This document shows positions 1 through 8,684 of a stretch of DNA of 64,000 bases, one piece after another. Position 1 is the stretch's first letter, and each line of letters starts with the position of its first letter. This DNA comes from Pseudomonadales bacterium (GTDB lineage Bacteria; Pseudomonadota; Gammaproteobacteria; Pseudomonadales; JBECKS01), in contig OZ245031.1 in assembly GCA_965223975.1 (NCBI GenBank), forward strand, positions 84,145 through 148,144. The letters run 5' to 3'. The position numbers and the translations under genes are program-made. A model generated the notes under the pieces. That model saw nothing but the letters and a program-made list of their open reading frames with translations, was not told the DNA's origin and made no database searches.

Positions 1-506
1 ATGTATTTGTTCCTGAAGAGAATCGATTCCCAGAGGTAAGCGGCTTAACCGGACCATTTACTTGTTTAAATTCAGCACGTTACGGCATTTCTTGGGGTGC
101 TATGGGTGCCGCAGAAAGCTGCTGGCATTCAGCGCGCGAATACACTTTGGATCGACAACAATTCGGTCGTCCGCTTGCCGCTACCCAGCTAATACAAAAG
201 AAGCTAGCGGATATGCAAACCGAAATAGCCCTTAGTCTGCAAGGTTCCTTACGTTTGGGCCGTTTGATTGACGAAGATAACTACGTGCCAGAAATGATTT
301 CATTAATGAAGCGAAATGCCTGTGGCAAAGCGCTCGATATCGCCCGCATGGCCAGGGATATGCACGGCGGTAACGGGATCGTGGATGAATTTGGCGTACT
401 CAGACATTCGGTCAACTTAGAGACAGTAAATACCTATGAAGGCACCCACGATGTGCATGCCCTAATCTTGGGCAGAGCACAGACTGGAATCCAGGCATTT
501 TTCTAA
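1..506 (+). CDS. gcdH: glutaryl-CoA dehydrogenase, C-terminal part (5' end lies outside the window)
   Basis: Frame 3 is open from base 3 ([38 protein letters not shown]...). It is an acyl-CoA dehydrogenase C-terminal domain ending [23 protein letters not shown], which is typical of GcdH. Confidence 0.8.
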   Translation, partial: VFVPEENRFPEVSGLTGPFTCLNSARYGISWGAMGAAESCWHSAREYTLDRQQFGRPLAATQLIQKKLADMQTEIALSLQGSLRLGRLIDEDNYVPEMISLMKRNACGKALDIARMARDMHGGNGIVDEFGVLRHSVNLETVNTYEGTHDVHALILGRAQTGIQAFF

Positions 507-718
507 TAATTTGTACAAAATTTGAAAAATGTTTTAAAAATAAAGCTATATTTTTCAGATAGTTACCTTAGCATTTGGATGACTTTTAAAATGATAACGC
601 GCGCTACCATATTTGAGGTATGTGCGTGATTATGGAGCCTTCTATACTGCTGCCACAATGAGAACTCGAAAAGATTAGCACCCGCTTTTCTTAATCGATC
701 AATTTGACAGGAGCTCTA

Positions 719-2341
719 ATGGAAGAACATGTCGCCTATGCGATGCAAAACGCAGACGCAATCCAATCACTCATCTGGTTTAACAATCCCCTAGAGCTTA
801 AAAATTGGACCTTCAACGTTGTTGAAACCACCGTTTTCTTGGGTGCTGCTTTAGCCTTTTTGCACTCGGTACGCGAATACAAAAAGCGTGGTAACAAAGC
901 CCCCTTTTTTATGTGGATGGCCTGTCTTGCCTACGGTATTTTTCTGGAAATCGTTGTTTATAACTTTGTAGATAATTTCTGGCATGGCGAGTTTTCGGTG
1001 ATGTTCTATCACAACCGCTTCCCACTTTATATCGTACTGATCTATCCCTCGCTCATTTACCACGTCTTTATGACCATCGAGCGCTTTAAAATTTACTTAC
1101 TGCCTTACGGCCGAATCATCGAAGCCATTATCGTTGGCTGGGCGTCACAAATGATGTACCTGCTGTACGATAACATTGGCCCACAAATGCACTGGTGGAT
1201 TTGGAATCCGGGCGACGTCACCCTCTTGCCACTTTGGGAAGCTGTACCGGCTACCAGTTACCACTGGATCTTTGGTTTTACCGTTGGCTTTGCTTGGCTA
1301 TGTCGTGTACTGATTTGGGACAACGCACTGAAGTGGAAAGACGCCAACTGGAAAATGTGGGGAGCCGTAGCGTTTATTGCGGTATTCACTAATGTGCTTG
1401 GTTCCTTAATCTTCGGTCCATACAATTTCTTGGCCTATGGTTACAAAGCCTTCGACGTAGACATACCTTACGGCTTGCAAGAATATGGCTGGGCGAGTTT
1501 CTTACTCACGGTATATTTATTTGCTGGGGCGTATCTGTACTTCCTAACACCGAAGGTACATCCCAAGAAGCCTGATTTACAGCTGATGATCTTCCCAGTG
1601 CTTTGGGTATCCATCTACCTTGCGCTTTACTCACACTCTTTCTCAGAGCTTTACAGCATCAAGCCTGACGGTATTACCTCTTACGGTACGCCTATCGGCA
1701 ACTGGATTATCGTGCTGATCGGTATGCATATGAGTGCTTCGATCATTGCTAAGTCGCACTTACACGGCAACCAACTGTCTCTATACCAATTTAAAGAAGT
1801 ATTCAGAGATATTCGCGAGAGTATTGTGATTTGCTTCCGTGTACTACGTAGTTACATCATTCCTGGAACCGACCCTCATGCTTCTGCCGAAGTGGCTCTT
1901 AAGCAAAAGACTCTTGCACAGAAAAAAAGTATGAAAAGCAGCCAAAAACAAAAAGGAGCCGTCGGACAATTTGTAGAGCGTCATGTTAAAGGCAGTGCCA
2001 CTGGTTTAGAGCCAGATCACTTCAGACATAACCGTGGTGCAGAGTTCCAAAACGTCTTGCACGAAGCCAAACCTGGTTTCAAAAAGCCCCGTAGCGAGCA
2101 GGAGTATGAATTCCGCGAGCAATACTGCGAATACGATGCGGTGCCCTCTCATCGAGAGAGCAACGATTTAGTATCGGAATGGCGTGAGCAATACTCTTCT
2201 ACTGAGAAGAAAGCACAAGCCACTGCTTCCACACCTGAAACCACAAGACGTCTCAGCAAGCTAACACCAGGTTTCGGCCCGGGTTGCGAACCTGATATCG
2301 CCTACAGCTCAGGTAAGAAAGACGAAATTAACGAAGAATAA
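719..2341 (+). CDS. hypothetical polytopic membrane protein (about 9 TM) with a long charged C-terminal tail
   Basis: Long ORF. I prefer the ATG at 719 (AGGAG 5 nt upstream) over the TTG at 704. About nine hydrophobic segments occupy the first ~370 aa, followed by a ~170-aa K/E/Q/S-rich tail. I recognise no family. Confidence 0.6.
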   Translation: MEEHVAYAMQNADAIQSLIWFNNPLELKNWTFNVVETTVFLGAALAFLHSVREYKKRGNKAPFFMWMACLAYGIFLEIVVYNFVDNFWHGEFSVMFYHNRFPLYIVLIYPSLIYHVFMTIERFKIYLLPYGRIIEAIIVGWASQMMYLLYDNIGPQMHWWIWNPGDVTLLPLWEAVPATSYHWIFGFTVGFAWLCRVLIWDNALKWKDANWKMWGAVAFIAVFTNVLGSLIFGPYNFLAYGYKAFDVDIPYGLQEYGWASFLLTVYLFAGAYLYFLTPKVHPKKPDLQLMIFPVLWVSIYLALYSHSFSELYSIKPDGITSYGTPIGNWIIVLIGMHMSASIIAKSHLHGNQLSLYQFKEVFRDIRESIVICFRVLRSYIIPGTDPHASAEVALKQKTLAQKKSMKSSQKQKGAVGQFVERHVKGSATGLEPDHFRHNRGAEFQNVLHEAKPGFKKPRSEQEYEFREQYCEYDAVPSHRESNDLVSEWREQYSSTEKKAQATASTPETTRRLSKLTPGFGPGCEPDIAYSSGKKDEINEE

Positions 2342-2419
2342 GAGTTAATGAAGACTAAAAGTCAGCGACGAATAAACTAAACACGGCAAGCCTTAGCCAA
2401 TATTACAAGGGAAATACTC

Positions 2420-3916
2420 ATGATTTACGAACAACCAATTTTTCGAGATCAGTATCAAAACTACATCGGCGGCGAATGGGTCGCTCCTAGCCGAGGCAAC
2501 TACTTCGACAAGATTTCTCCAGTTGATGGCCAGGTGTTTACTTCTATTCCTCGTTCTACCGAAGAGGACATCGAGTTAGCAATTGACGCGGCTGAAAAAG
2601 CCTTTGTCACTTGGAAAAAGACCTCGCCTCAAGAGCGTTCTTACATCCTATTAAAAATTGCTGAGCGTATTGAGCAAAACATGGAAGCGCTAGCGCGCAT
2701 CGAAACTTGGGAAAACGGCAAAAGTGTTCGTGAGACCTTAGCCTCTGACCTTCCCTACGTAGTTGATCAATTCCGTTATTTCGCAGGTGTTATTCGCGCG
2801 GACTCTGGCGAAGTGGTTGATATCGACAACAACACCATTTCGATGGAAGTTCACGAGCCTATGGGCGTCGTTGGGCAAATCATTCCTTGGAACTTTCCGT
2901 TGATGTTGGCCTGCTGGAAAATCGCTCCAGCCCTTGCGACCGCCAACTGCATCGTGATGAAGCCCGCTGAGCAAACGCCAGTATCCATTCTAACTTTGAT
3001 GGAACTGATTGGTGATATTCTACCTCCTGGCGTATTAAACATCGTTAACGGTTACGGTCGTGAAGCGGGCCAAGCTTTGGTTAGCTCCACTCGCATTAAG
3101 AAGATTTCTTTCACTGGTTCTACCCCCACTGGAAAAATGGTTGCACACGCTGCAGCAGAAAACATCATTCCAGCGACTCTAGAGCTTGGTGGTAAATCTC
3201 CAAACATCTTCTTTCAGAGCGTAGCAGATGCTGATGACGCATTCTTTGATAAAGCAGTTGAAGGCTTGTTAATGTTTGCCTTTAACCAAGGCGAAGTATG
3301 CACCTGCCCTTCACGTGCCTTAGTTCATGAAGATATTTATGACAAACTCATTGAGCGCGCATTAGAAAGACTGGCCCGCGTGAAAATCGGTGATCCTTTA
3401 GATCCTGATAACGCCATTGGCGCACAGGCTTCTAAAGACCAATACGAAAAAATTCTAAGCTACATCGACATTGGTCGCGAAGAAGGTGCCGAAGTTTTGA
3501 TTGGTGGCGAAAAATATGACAGCCCCAAATACCCTGGCGGCTTCTACATCAAACCGACCATTCTTAAAGGTCATAACAAAATGCGCTGCTTCCAAGAAGA
3601 AATTTTTGGCCCGGTACTGGCGATCACAACCTTTAAAGATGACGAAGAAGCCATTGCGATTGCCAATGACACGGAGTTTGGTTTAGGCTCAGGCGTCTGG
3701 TCTAGGGACTTTCATCAAATTCATGAAAGCGCTCGCGCAATACAGGCTGGGCGCGTATGGGTGAACTGTTATCACCTTTATCCTGCTCACGCTTCATTCG
3801 GTGGTTATAAAAAATCAGGTATCGGTCGTGAAACTCATAAGATGATGCTTGAACATTACCGTACCACTAAGAACGTGCTGATGTCTCTTGATAAAAATTC
3901 AATGGATGTATTCTAA
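2420..3916 (+). CDS. NAD(P)-dependent aldehyde dehydrogenase (AcoD/AldB-like)
   Basis: 498 aa with ALDH signatures ELGGKSP and FNQGEVCTCPSR (catalytic Cys), plus PWNFPL and the GSTPTGK cofactor region. Confidence 0.9.
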   Translation: MIYEQPIFRDQYQNYIGGEWVAPSRGNYFDKISPVDGQVFTSIPRSTEEDIELAIDAAEKAFVTWKKTSPQERSYILLKIAERIEQNMEALARIETWENGKSVRETLASDLPYVVDQFRYFAGVIRADSGEVVDIDNNTISMEVHEPMGVVGQIIPWNFPLMLACWKIAPALATANCIVMKPAEQTPVSILTLMELIGDILPPGVLNIVNGYGREAGQALVSSTRIKKISFTGSTPTGKMVAHAAAENIIPATLELGGKSPNIFFQSVADADDAFFDKAVEGLLMFAFNQGEVCTCPSRALVHEDIYDKLIERALERLARVKIGDPLDPDNAIGAQASKDQYEKILSYIDIGREEGAEVLIGGEKYDSPKYPGGFYIKPTILKGHNKMRCFQEEIFGPVLAITTFKDDEEAIAIANDTEFGLGSGVWSRDFHQIHESARAIQAGRVWVNCYHLYPAHASFGGYKKSGIGRETHKMMLEHYRTTKNVLMSLDKNSMDVF

Positions 3917-3929
3917 ACGAAAACTAACT

Positions 3930-3970
3930 AGGCCTATTCCTCCTAGCTATCTCCTAGCTGGAATAGGCCT
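3930..3970. terminator. 11-bp-stem hairpin shared by the convergent ALDH and TagF-like gene ends
   Basis: AGGCCTATTCC (3930-3940) pairs with GGAATAGGCCT (3960-3970). It overlaps the last codons of the minus-strand gene. There is no clear U-tract. Confidence 0.4.
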
Positions 3971-5024
3971 CTAAATAATCTGCTATCCTCTCAGAAACTT
4001 TTCCATCCACCGGCCCTACGTGATCTCTCACGTATCTGGCTCTATTCTCTGCAAACTCTTGTGTGTTATTTAACTGCTGCCTAACCCCATCTTTTAAAGC
4101 TTTATAAGACTTAACATGCAGTCCTATATCTTTATATAAAACATTGTCCTGGCCAAAGCGTTTTTCAAAGCGATATTTAAAAGGTCCACGATAAGACCAC
4201 TTTAGTTTATAGAAATCACAAACGATCACTGGCCGACCCAAGGCGACAAACTCGAACAAGGTTGAAGAGGCCTCGCTCAGCAAAATGTCGGCATGTTTCA
4301 TAAACGGTAGCAAAGATAAATCTTCAGGCCCGGCAACATGAACATTGGAAAATTCCTGCCAGCGTTTTAGCTTTTTTCTTTGGCCCGCATAGCGTTCTCG
4401 CGTATAGGTAAATCCATGTACTTTAATCAAGATATTAAAATCTTCAAAATCCAAAGGCCAATTATCTGGAAAACACTCTAAAGAGCTGGGATTAAACGTG
4501 GGGGCATAAAGTATTGTTGGTTTAGATTTATCCAAACCCAAGCCATCAAAATCCAAACCTGGCTCTTGTTCGTTTACCAAAGGATCCAGTTTCGAAAAAC
4601 CCACTTGAACAAAATTGCCCCTTGGGTACATCTCTCGAATTTTATGCAAACGCAACTCGCCCTCGATAAAGCGAACAGTCATTGGCGTTCCTGACTTAGT
4701 GTAATAACTTGGCTTAGGCCCAATGCCATGACCAAGCTGCACGGTTTTACTTACTTTCGATAAGGACTCAATAAAAGAAATACCGTTGCCAAAAAACACC
4801 CAATCAGCTTGTTGCTTCAGATAGTAGGCCTCAGCCTCACTATCTCCGCTTACCCAGACATTACTCAAAGCTTGTTCATCAAACAATGCCTGAATTTCGC
4901 TCGCATTATCCTTGTTGCTGTAGCAAACAAAGCTTAGCTTGTGCCCCCTCGCCTTCAACTCATGATACACAGGCAGATAAAGAGGCAAATAATAGCTATT
5001 GAGGGTATCAAAAAGGATTTTCAT
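3954..5024 (-). CDS. CDP-glycerol glycerophosphotransferase family protein (TagF/TagB-like)
   Basis: Glyphos_transf-like blocks KPTILYAPTF, ILIKVHGF and ADILLSEASSTLFEFVALGRPVIV. I chose the ATG at 5024 (MKILFDT...). The GTG at 5117 would leave only 43 bp to the divergent gene. Confidence 0.7.
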   Translation of the reverse strand: MKILFDTLNSYYLPLYLPVYHELKARGHKLSFVCYSNKDNASEIQALFDEQALSNVWVSGDSEAEAYYLKQQADWVFFGNGISFIESLSKVSKTVQLGHGIGPKPSYYTKSGTPMTVRFIEGELRLHKIREMYPRGNFVQVGFSKLDPLVNEQEPGLDFDGLGLDKSKPTILYAPTFNPSSLECFPDNWPLDFEDFNILIKVHGFTYTRERYAGQRKKLKRWQEFSNVHVAGPEDLSLLPFMKHADILLSEASSTLFEFVALGRPVIVCDFYKLKWSYRGPFKYRFEKRFGQDNVLYKDIGLHVKSYKALKDGVRQQLNNTQEFAENRARYVRDHVGPVDGKVSERIADYLEAYSS

Positions 5025-5160
5025 TGGAGCGCGCTCTAATTCTATGCTGCTAAAAGAAGGCCTGCATGATACGTACTGGACATATATCTCGCAAGCTAGT
5101 TGCTTAGATAGGCCCACTTACCTAAAATTACGCCATTGTTTCTCTAACCGTGGAAAAAGA

Positions 5161-6015
5161 ATGTCCTCGTCCCCTACCCTAGAAAAATTTCAGTACCCCA
5201 GCAGTTTGATAAAGTCCTACAAACACTGGCACCTGCTACTGCGCTTTCAGCAATGCACCTTGGGCTCCCTCATCTTAATCTGTAAAGATCAATATACCGC
5301 CTACTCAGACCTATCCGAAGAAGCCCTAAAAGAACAGGGCCAAATATGCCGGGACATCGAACAAGTACTACAAGAAAAATTTGCCTACGATAAGATTAAC
5401 TATTTAATGTTAATGATGGTCGATCCCGAAGTTCATTTTCATATTATTCCGCGCTACAAAAATGGTGCTCAGTGGAAAGGTAATCACTACCCCGATCATT
5501 CTTGGCCAGGACCTCCAAATTTAGCCGAAGGAATAGAAATTAGCCCTCATAGCCAATCAGAACTAAGCGATGAACTCAGCGAAGCCTTTAAAAAAATCAG
5601 TCCGCGAGTCGAATCTCCCAAGAAATATGGTCGTCTATACACTTCGGGCTGCTTTGATATTTTTCACCATGGCCACCTCAACATCATCAAACGCAGCAAG
5701 GCCTTGTGTGATCATTTGATCGTAGGGGTTTCAACTGATGAATTAATTCTGAAAGAAAAAGGCCGACTGCCTGTGATTCCTTTCGGTGAGCGCTTATCGA
5801 TTTTAGAAGCACTTAGCGAAGTGGATGAAGTCGTCCCCCAGGTAGATAAAAACAAACAAAAAACCGTCGATACTCATAAGGTAGACGCCATTTCAGTTGG
5901 AAGTGACTGGAAAGGAAAGTACCCCCCAGTTACCTGTGCTATGGAATATTTTGACTATACCCCTAGCGTTAGCTCCACTATCCTTAAAGAAAAATTAGAC
6001 CTACTAAATAAATGA
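5161..6015 (+). CDS. fusion protein: N-terminal HIT-like domain plus C-terminal TagD-like glycerol-3-phosphate cytidylyltransferase
   Basis: aa 1-145 carry a HIT-type motif VHFHIIPRY. aa 155-284 align by eye along the whole of B. subtilis TagD (GCFDIFHHGH, VSTDE, VDEVVP, GSDWKGK, SVSSTILKEKL). The start at 5161 (MSSSPT...) follows GGAAAAAGA. The track start at 4999 overlaps the divergent gene. Confidence 0.75.
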   Translation: MSSSPTLEKFQYPSSLIKSYKHWHLLLRFQQCTLGSLILICKDQYTAYSDLSEEALKEQGQICRDIEQVLQEKFAYDKINYLMLMMVDPEVHFHIIPRYKNGAQWKGNHYPDHSWPGPPNLAEGIEISPHSQSELSDELSEAFKKISPRVESPKKYGRLYTSGCFDIFHHGHLNIIKRSKALCDHLIVGVSTDELILKEKGRLPVIPFGERLSILEALSEVDEVVPQVDKNKQKTVDTHKVDAISVGSDWKGKYPPVTCAMEYFDYTPSVSSTILKEKLDLLNK

Positions 6016-6024
6016 GCTAAGTGA

Positions 6025-6879
6025 ATGACAAACCATCGCCTACCCTACATTGCCGTTAATCTGAGTTTTGTTTTTTGGTTTGGCTTGTACTTCGGTTTAT
6101 ATTTCGCCGGCTGGCCTGGAGATCCCCACCCCTGTTCTAAGCCACCTTATTGCTTCTGCGAAACCGTTCACCCTGGCACTTTAGCAGCACAGGTTAGCAA
6201 CACCTGGTCAGACCTCGGTTTCGTATTGGTGGCTTTCATAATTGCTTGGCATGGTGCCAATACACTCAAAGGCCAAAACTCATCAGGTAAAGTATTAAAC
6301 CCTAGCTATAAAAATAGTCCTGGCCTGATTAGTCTATATAGCGCCGTTATTCTTTACATGGGCCCGGGCAGTATGTTTTTTCATGGCAGCATGACCCAAT
6401 GGGGTGGCTACATGGATGTGATATCCATGTACTTATTCGTATTTTTTATTATCTGCTATTTAATTTATCGCAACTGGGACCTAAGTAGCCGATTCTTTTA
6501 TCTATCTTATCTACTGTTAAATAGCGCATTTATTGTGTTAGTCGTATTTTGGCATGATCTAAGCTCACAGGTCTTTGTATTCGTCGCGGCGACCTTGATA
6601 AGTCTTGCCCTGTTGCAGGTAGTACCACGCGATAAGCTAGCGCTAGGCCGAAAAAAAGACTTAAGTTTTGGCAATCGATGGCTAGCGGGTGCTTTTGGGT
6701 TTTTCTTGGTTGCGGTGACTATTTGGGCCTTATCGGATACGGGTCGCCCACTATGTAACCCAAATTCTTTATGGCAGGGTCACGCCGCATGGCACTTACT
6801 CAGTGCGTGTATGGCCTTATGCATTCACTTTTATTTTTTAAGCGAAAAAGAAGATACGGTAAGCGATACCAGTACTTAG
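6025..6879 (+). CDS. ceramidase-family (ACER/YPC-like) 7-TM putative Zn hydrolase
   Basis: 7-8 TM segments. Signature blocks are CFCE...SNTWSD, FFHGSMTQWGGYMDVISM and GHAAWH (H-x3-H). It starts 9 bp after the upstream gene stop. Confidence 0.55.
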   Translation: MTNHRLPYIAVNLSFVFWFGLYFGLYFAGWPGDPHPCSKPPYCFCETVHPGTLAAQVSNTWSDLGFVLVAFIIAWHGANTLKGQNSSGKVLNPSYKNSPGLISLYSAVILYMGPGSMFFHGSMTQWGGYMDVISMYLFVFFIICYLIYRNWDLSSRFFYLSYLLLNSAFIVLVVFWHDLSSQVFVFVAATLISLALLQVVPRDKLALGRKKDLSFGNRWLAGAFGFFLVAVTIWALSDTGRPLCNPNSLWQGHAAWHLLSACMALCIHFYFLSEKEDTVSDTST

Positions 6880-6915
6880 CTTTTTAAAAATACCTAGCGA
6901 GGCTACTCACTTAGA

Positions 6916-7356
6916 CTACTTACTAAGATAGTACTCAGCACTGAACTCAGCTTTGGTTTTTCCGTCTTTTTGATCGACTAACTCAACTTTTACGTAAGCT
7001 CTTGCTCTGCCTTTATTATCGAGTCTGTCAAGGGTCTCGCTTAAGTCCTTGGAAAATTTTGATCTGAGCGATACCTCTCCCTCGATAGGCTTAAGGTAAG
7101 ACATCTCGGTTTTAACTGCAGCTACAGATTGAACTCCATACTCTTTAAACCGCAGTGTGACGAGAGCCCATCCAGCTAACAAAGCTAAACTAGCCTGACT
7201 GCCAGCAAACATTGTATTTTTATCATTTTTATTTGGGGCAAAAGGAGCCTTTAAGCTTAATGATTTTTGATCATATTCCAGCAGCGAAAAGCTTAGTTGC
7301 TCTGCTAAAGGTATTTGATCTTTAATAAACTGTTCAAACGCTTTTAAATCTGACAT
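6916..7356 (-). CDS. YiiD C-terminal-domain-like putative acyl thioesterase (hot-dog fold)
   Basis: 146 aa. It resembles the YiiD_Cterm family (PLAEQLSFSLLEYD..., NTMFAGSQASLALLAGWALV). It lies 10 bp downstream of the esterase gene on the same strand. Confidence 0.55.
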   Translation of the reverse strand: MSDLKAFEQFIKDQIPLAEQLSFSLLEYDQKSLSLKAPFAPNKNDKNTMFAGSQASLALLAGWALVTLRFKEYGVQSVAAVKTEMSYLKPIEGEVSLRSKFSKDLSETLDRLDNKGRARAYVKVELVDQKDGKTKAEFSAEYYLSK

Positions 7357-7366
7357 AGCTTTAACT

Positions 7367-8581
7367 CTAGCTTGCTACCGGAACCGATAACCTTCCACCC
7401 CTTTTGTGAATCCGATCCGCACTTCGTAAAGCTGCGCCAATAACAAAAGGCATACGCGAGTCACCCATTGGTGTTCCAACACCGCTATTTAAGGTCATCG
7501 CTACCGAAATTTTACGAACCGGATCGCAGCACGCACCGGAGCCACCAAAACCAAAATGTGCGAAACCTTTGGGCGCTCTAGCACCAACAGCAAACAATCG
7601 ATGGTAACCAAGACGCCAATGCATGGGTAAGCCAATAACGCGATCACGGCTTTTTACATAGACTTTTGCAATGTCTTTAAAGTTTCCTTCAGGTATTAAA
7701 CGCAAACCGTCTAGCTCGCCCTTGTTAGCCAACATCGCGTAAACCCTAGCTAAAGAGCGAGCCGTAAACATACCGTTGGCCGCTGGTATGCAAGCCTGAA
7801 CCACTTCCTCATCATTAAAACTAAAGCCGCGCTGACTGGCCGGCATCAAGGTTTTTTGAATCGCCCTAAAATCAATCCCAAACAGACGCGCATATTTCAT
7901 AATACCTTGAGGCTTAGCCCCCTTTTTCATTTTAAAATACTTACCGTCGCGGGTAATCAAATGCGCTCGCCGGTGCATTTGATCTTCTGGCAAACCAATA
8001 TAACAACCATCAAGTTGCAAGGGCTCACTTAATTCACTTTGAAGCACCTCTTGAAAAGGCTTACCAGTAATACCCTCTATAATCCCGCCGACTAGATGCC
8101 CATAGTTTAAACCGTGGTAACCAGAACCTTGACCCGGTCGATGAGCAGGCTTTGCTGCTGCCATGCCTCGCTTAGTCTTTTCCCAATCTATAATGTCTAA
8201 GCCATCGTCTACGTGATCTTCAAACAAATACAGTCCTGCCCCATGGTGCATAGCTTGGCGGATAGTAATTCGCTCCTTGCCTTGCGCAGAAAATTCCGGC
8301 CAATATTTAGCAACTGGATCATCATAACTGGCTAATCCTTTGCCTACTAAGATATGCAAAAGAGTCGATGCAACACCCTTAGTGGTGGAAAAAGATAAGG
8401 CTAAGGTGTCTTCTTGCCAGCTCTCACCTTGATTATTCTTCGTACCCGCCCAAAGGTCTACCACCTTCTCGCCTCGATAATAAACACAAATCGCTGAGCC
8501 ACCGATACCACTTTTGGGTATTTGTTTTTCGAAGCGTTTTGCCACAGCTTTAAAGTCTGGGTGAACGTAGCCTTGTATCAT
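7367..8581 (-). CDS. serine hydrolase of the beta-lactamase/EstB esterase family
   Basis: S-x-x-K motif (SFSTTKG), YHGLNYG and HFGFGGSG blocks. The start at the ATG at 8581 has GGAGG 5 nt upstream. Confidence 0.8.
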   Translation of the reverse strand: MIQGYVHPDFKAVAKRFEKQIPKSGIGGSAICVYYRGEKVVDLWAGTKNNQGESWQEDTLALSFSTTKGVASTLLHILVGKGLASYDDPVAKYWPEFSAQGKERITIRQAMHHGAGLYLFEDHVDDGLDIIDWEKTKRGMAAAKPAHRPGQGSGYHGLNYGHLVGGIIEGITGKPFQEVLQSELSEPLQLDGCYIGLPEDQMHRRAHLITRDGKYFKMKKGAKPQGIMKYARLFGIDFRAIQKTLMPASQRGFSFNDEEVVQACIPAANGMFTARSLARVYAMLANKGELDGLRLIPEGNFKDIAKVYVKSRDRVIGLPMHWRLGYHRLFAVGARAPKGFAHFGFGGSGACCDPVRKISVAMTLNSGVGTPMGDSRMPFVIGAALRSADRIHKRGGRLSVPVAS

Positions 8582-8684
8582 CCTTACCTCCATTTTTACC
8601 ACAGAGAGTATACGAACTTTGTCCTTAACGCTCTATTCATATAAATTTAGGATAATCTTCAAAATAATAAAAACAGCCTTAGGT

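Noticed and set aside
4999-5160. Upstream extension of the HIT::TagD ORF (track start at 4999)
   Set aside because: It would overlap the divergent TagF-like gene start by 26 bp or more, and its sequence is non-domain. The ATG at 5161 has a purine-rich SD-like tract and leaves a normal divergent promoter region.
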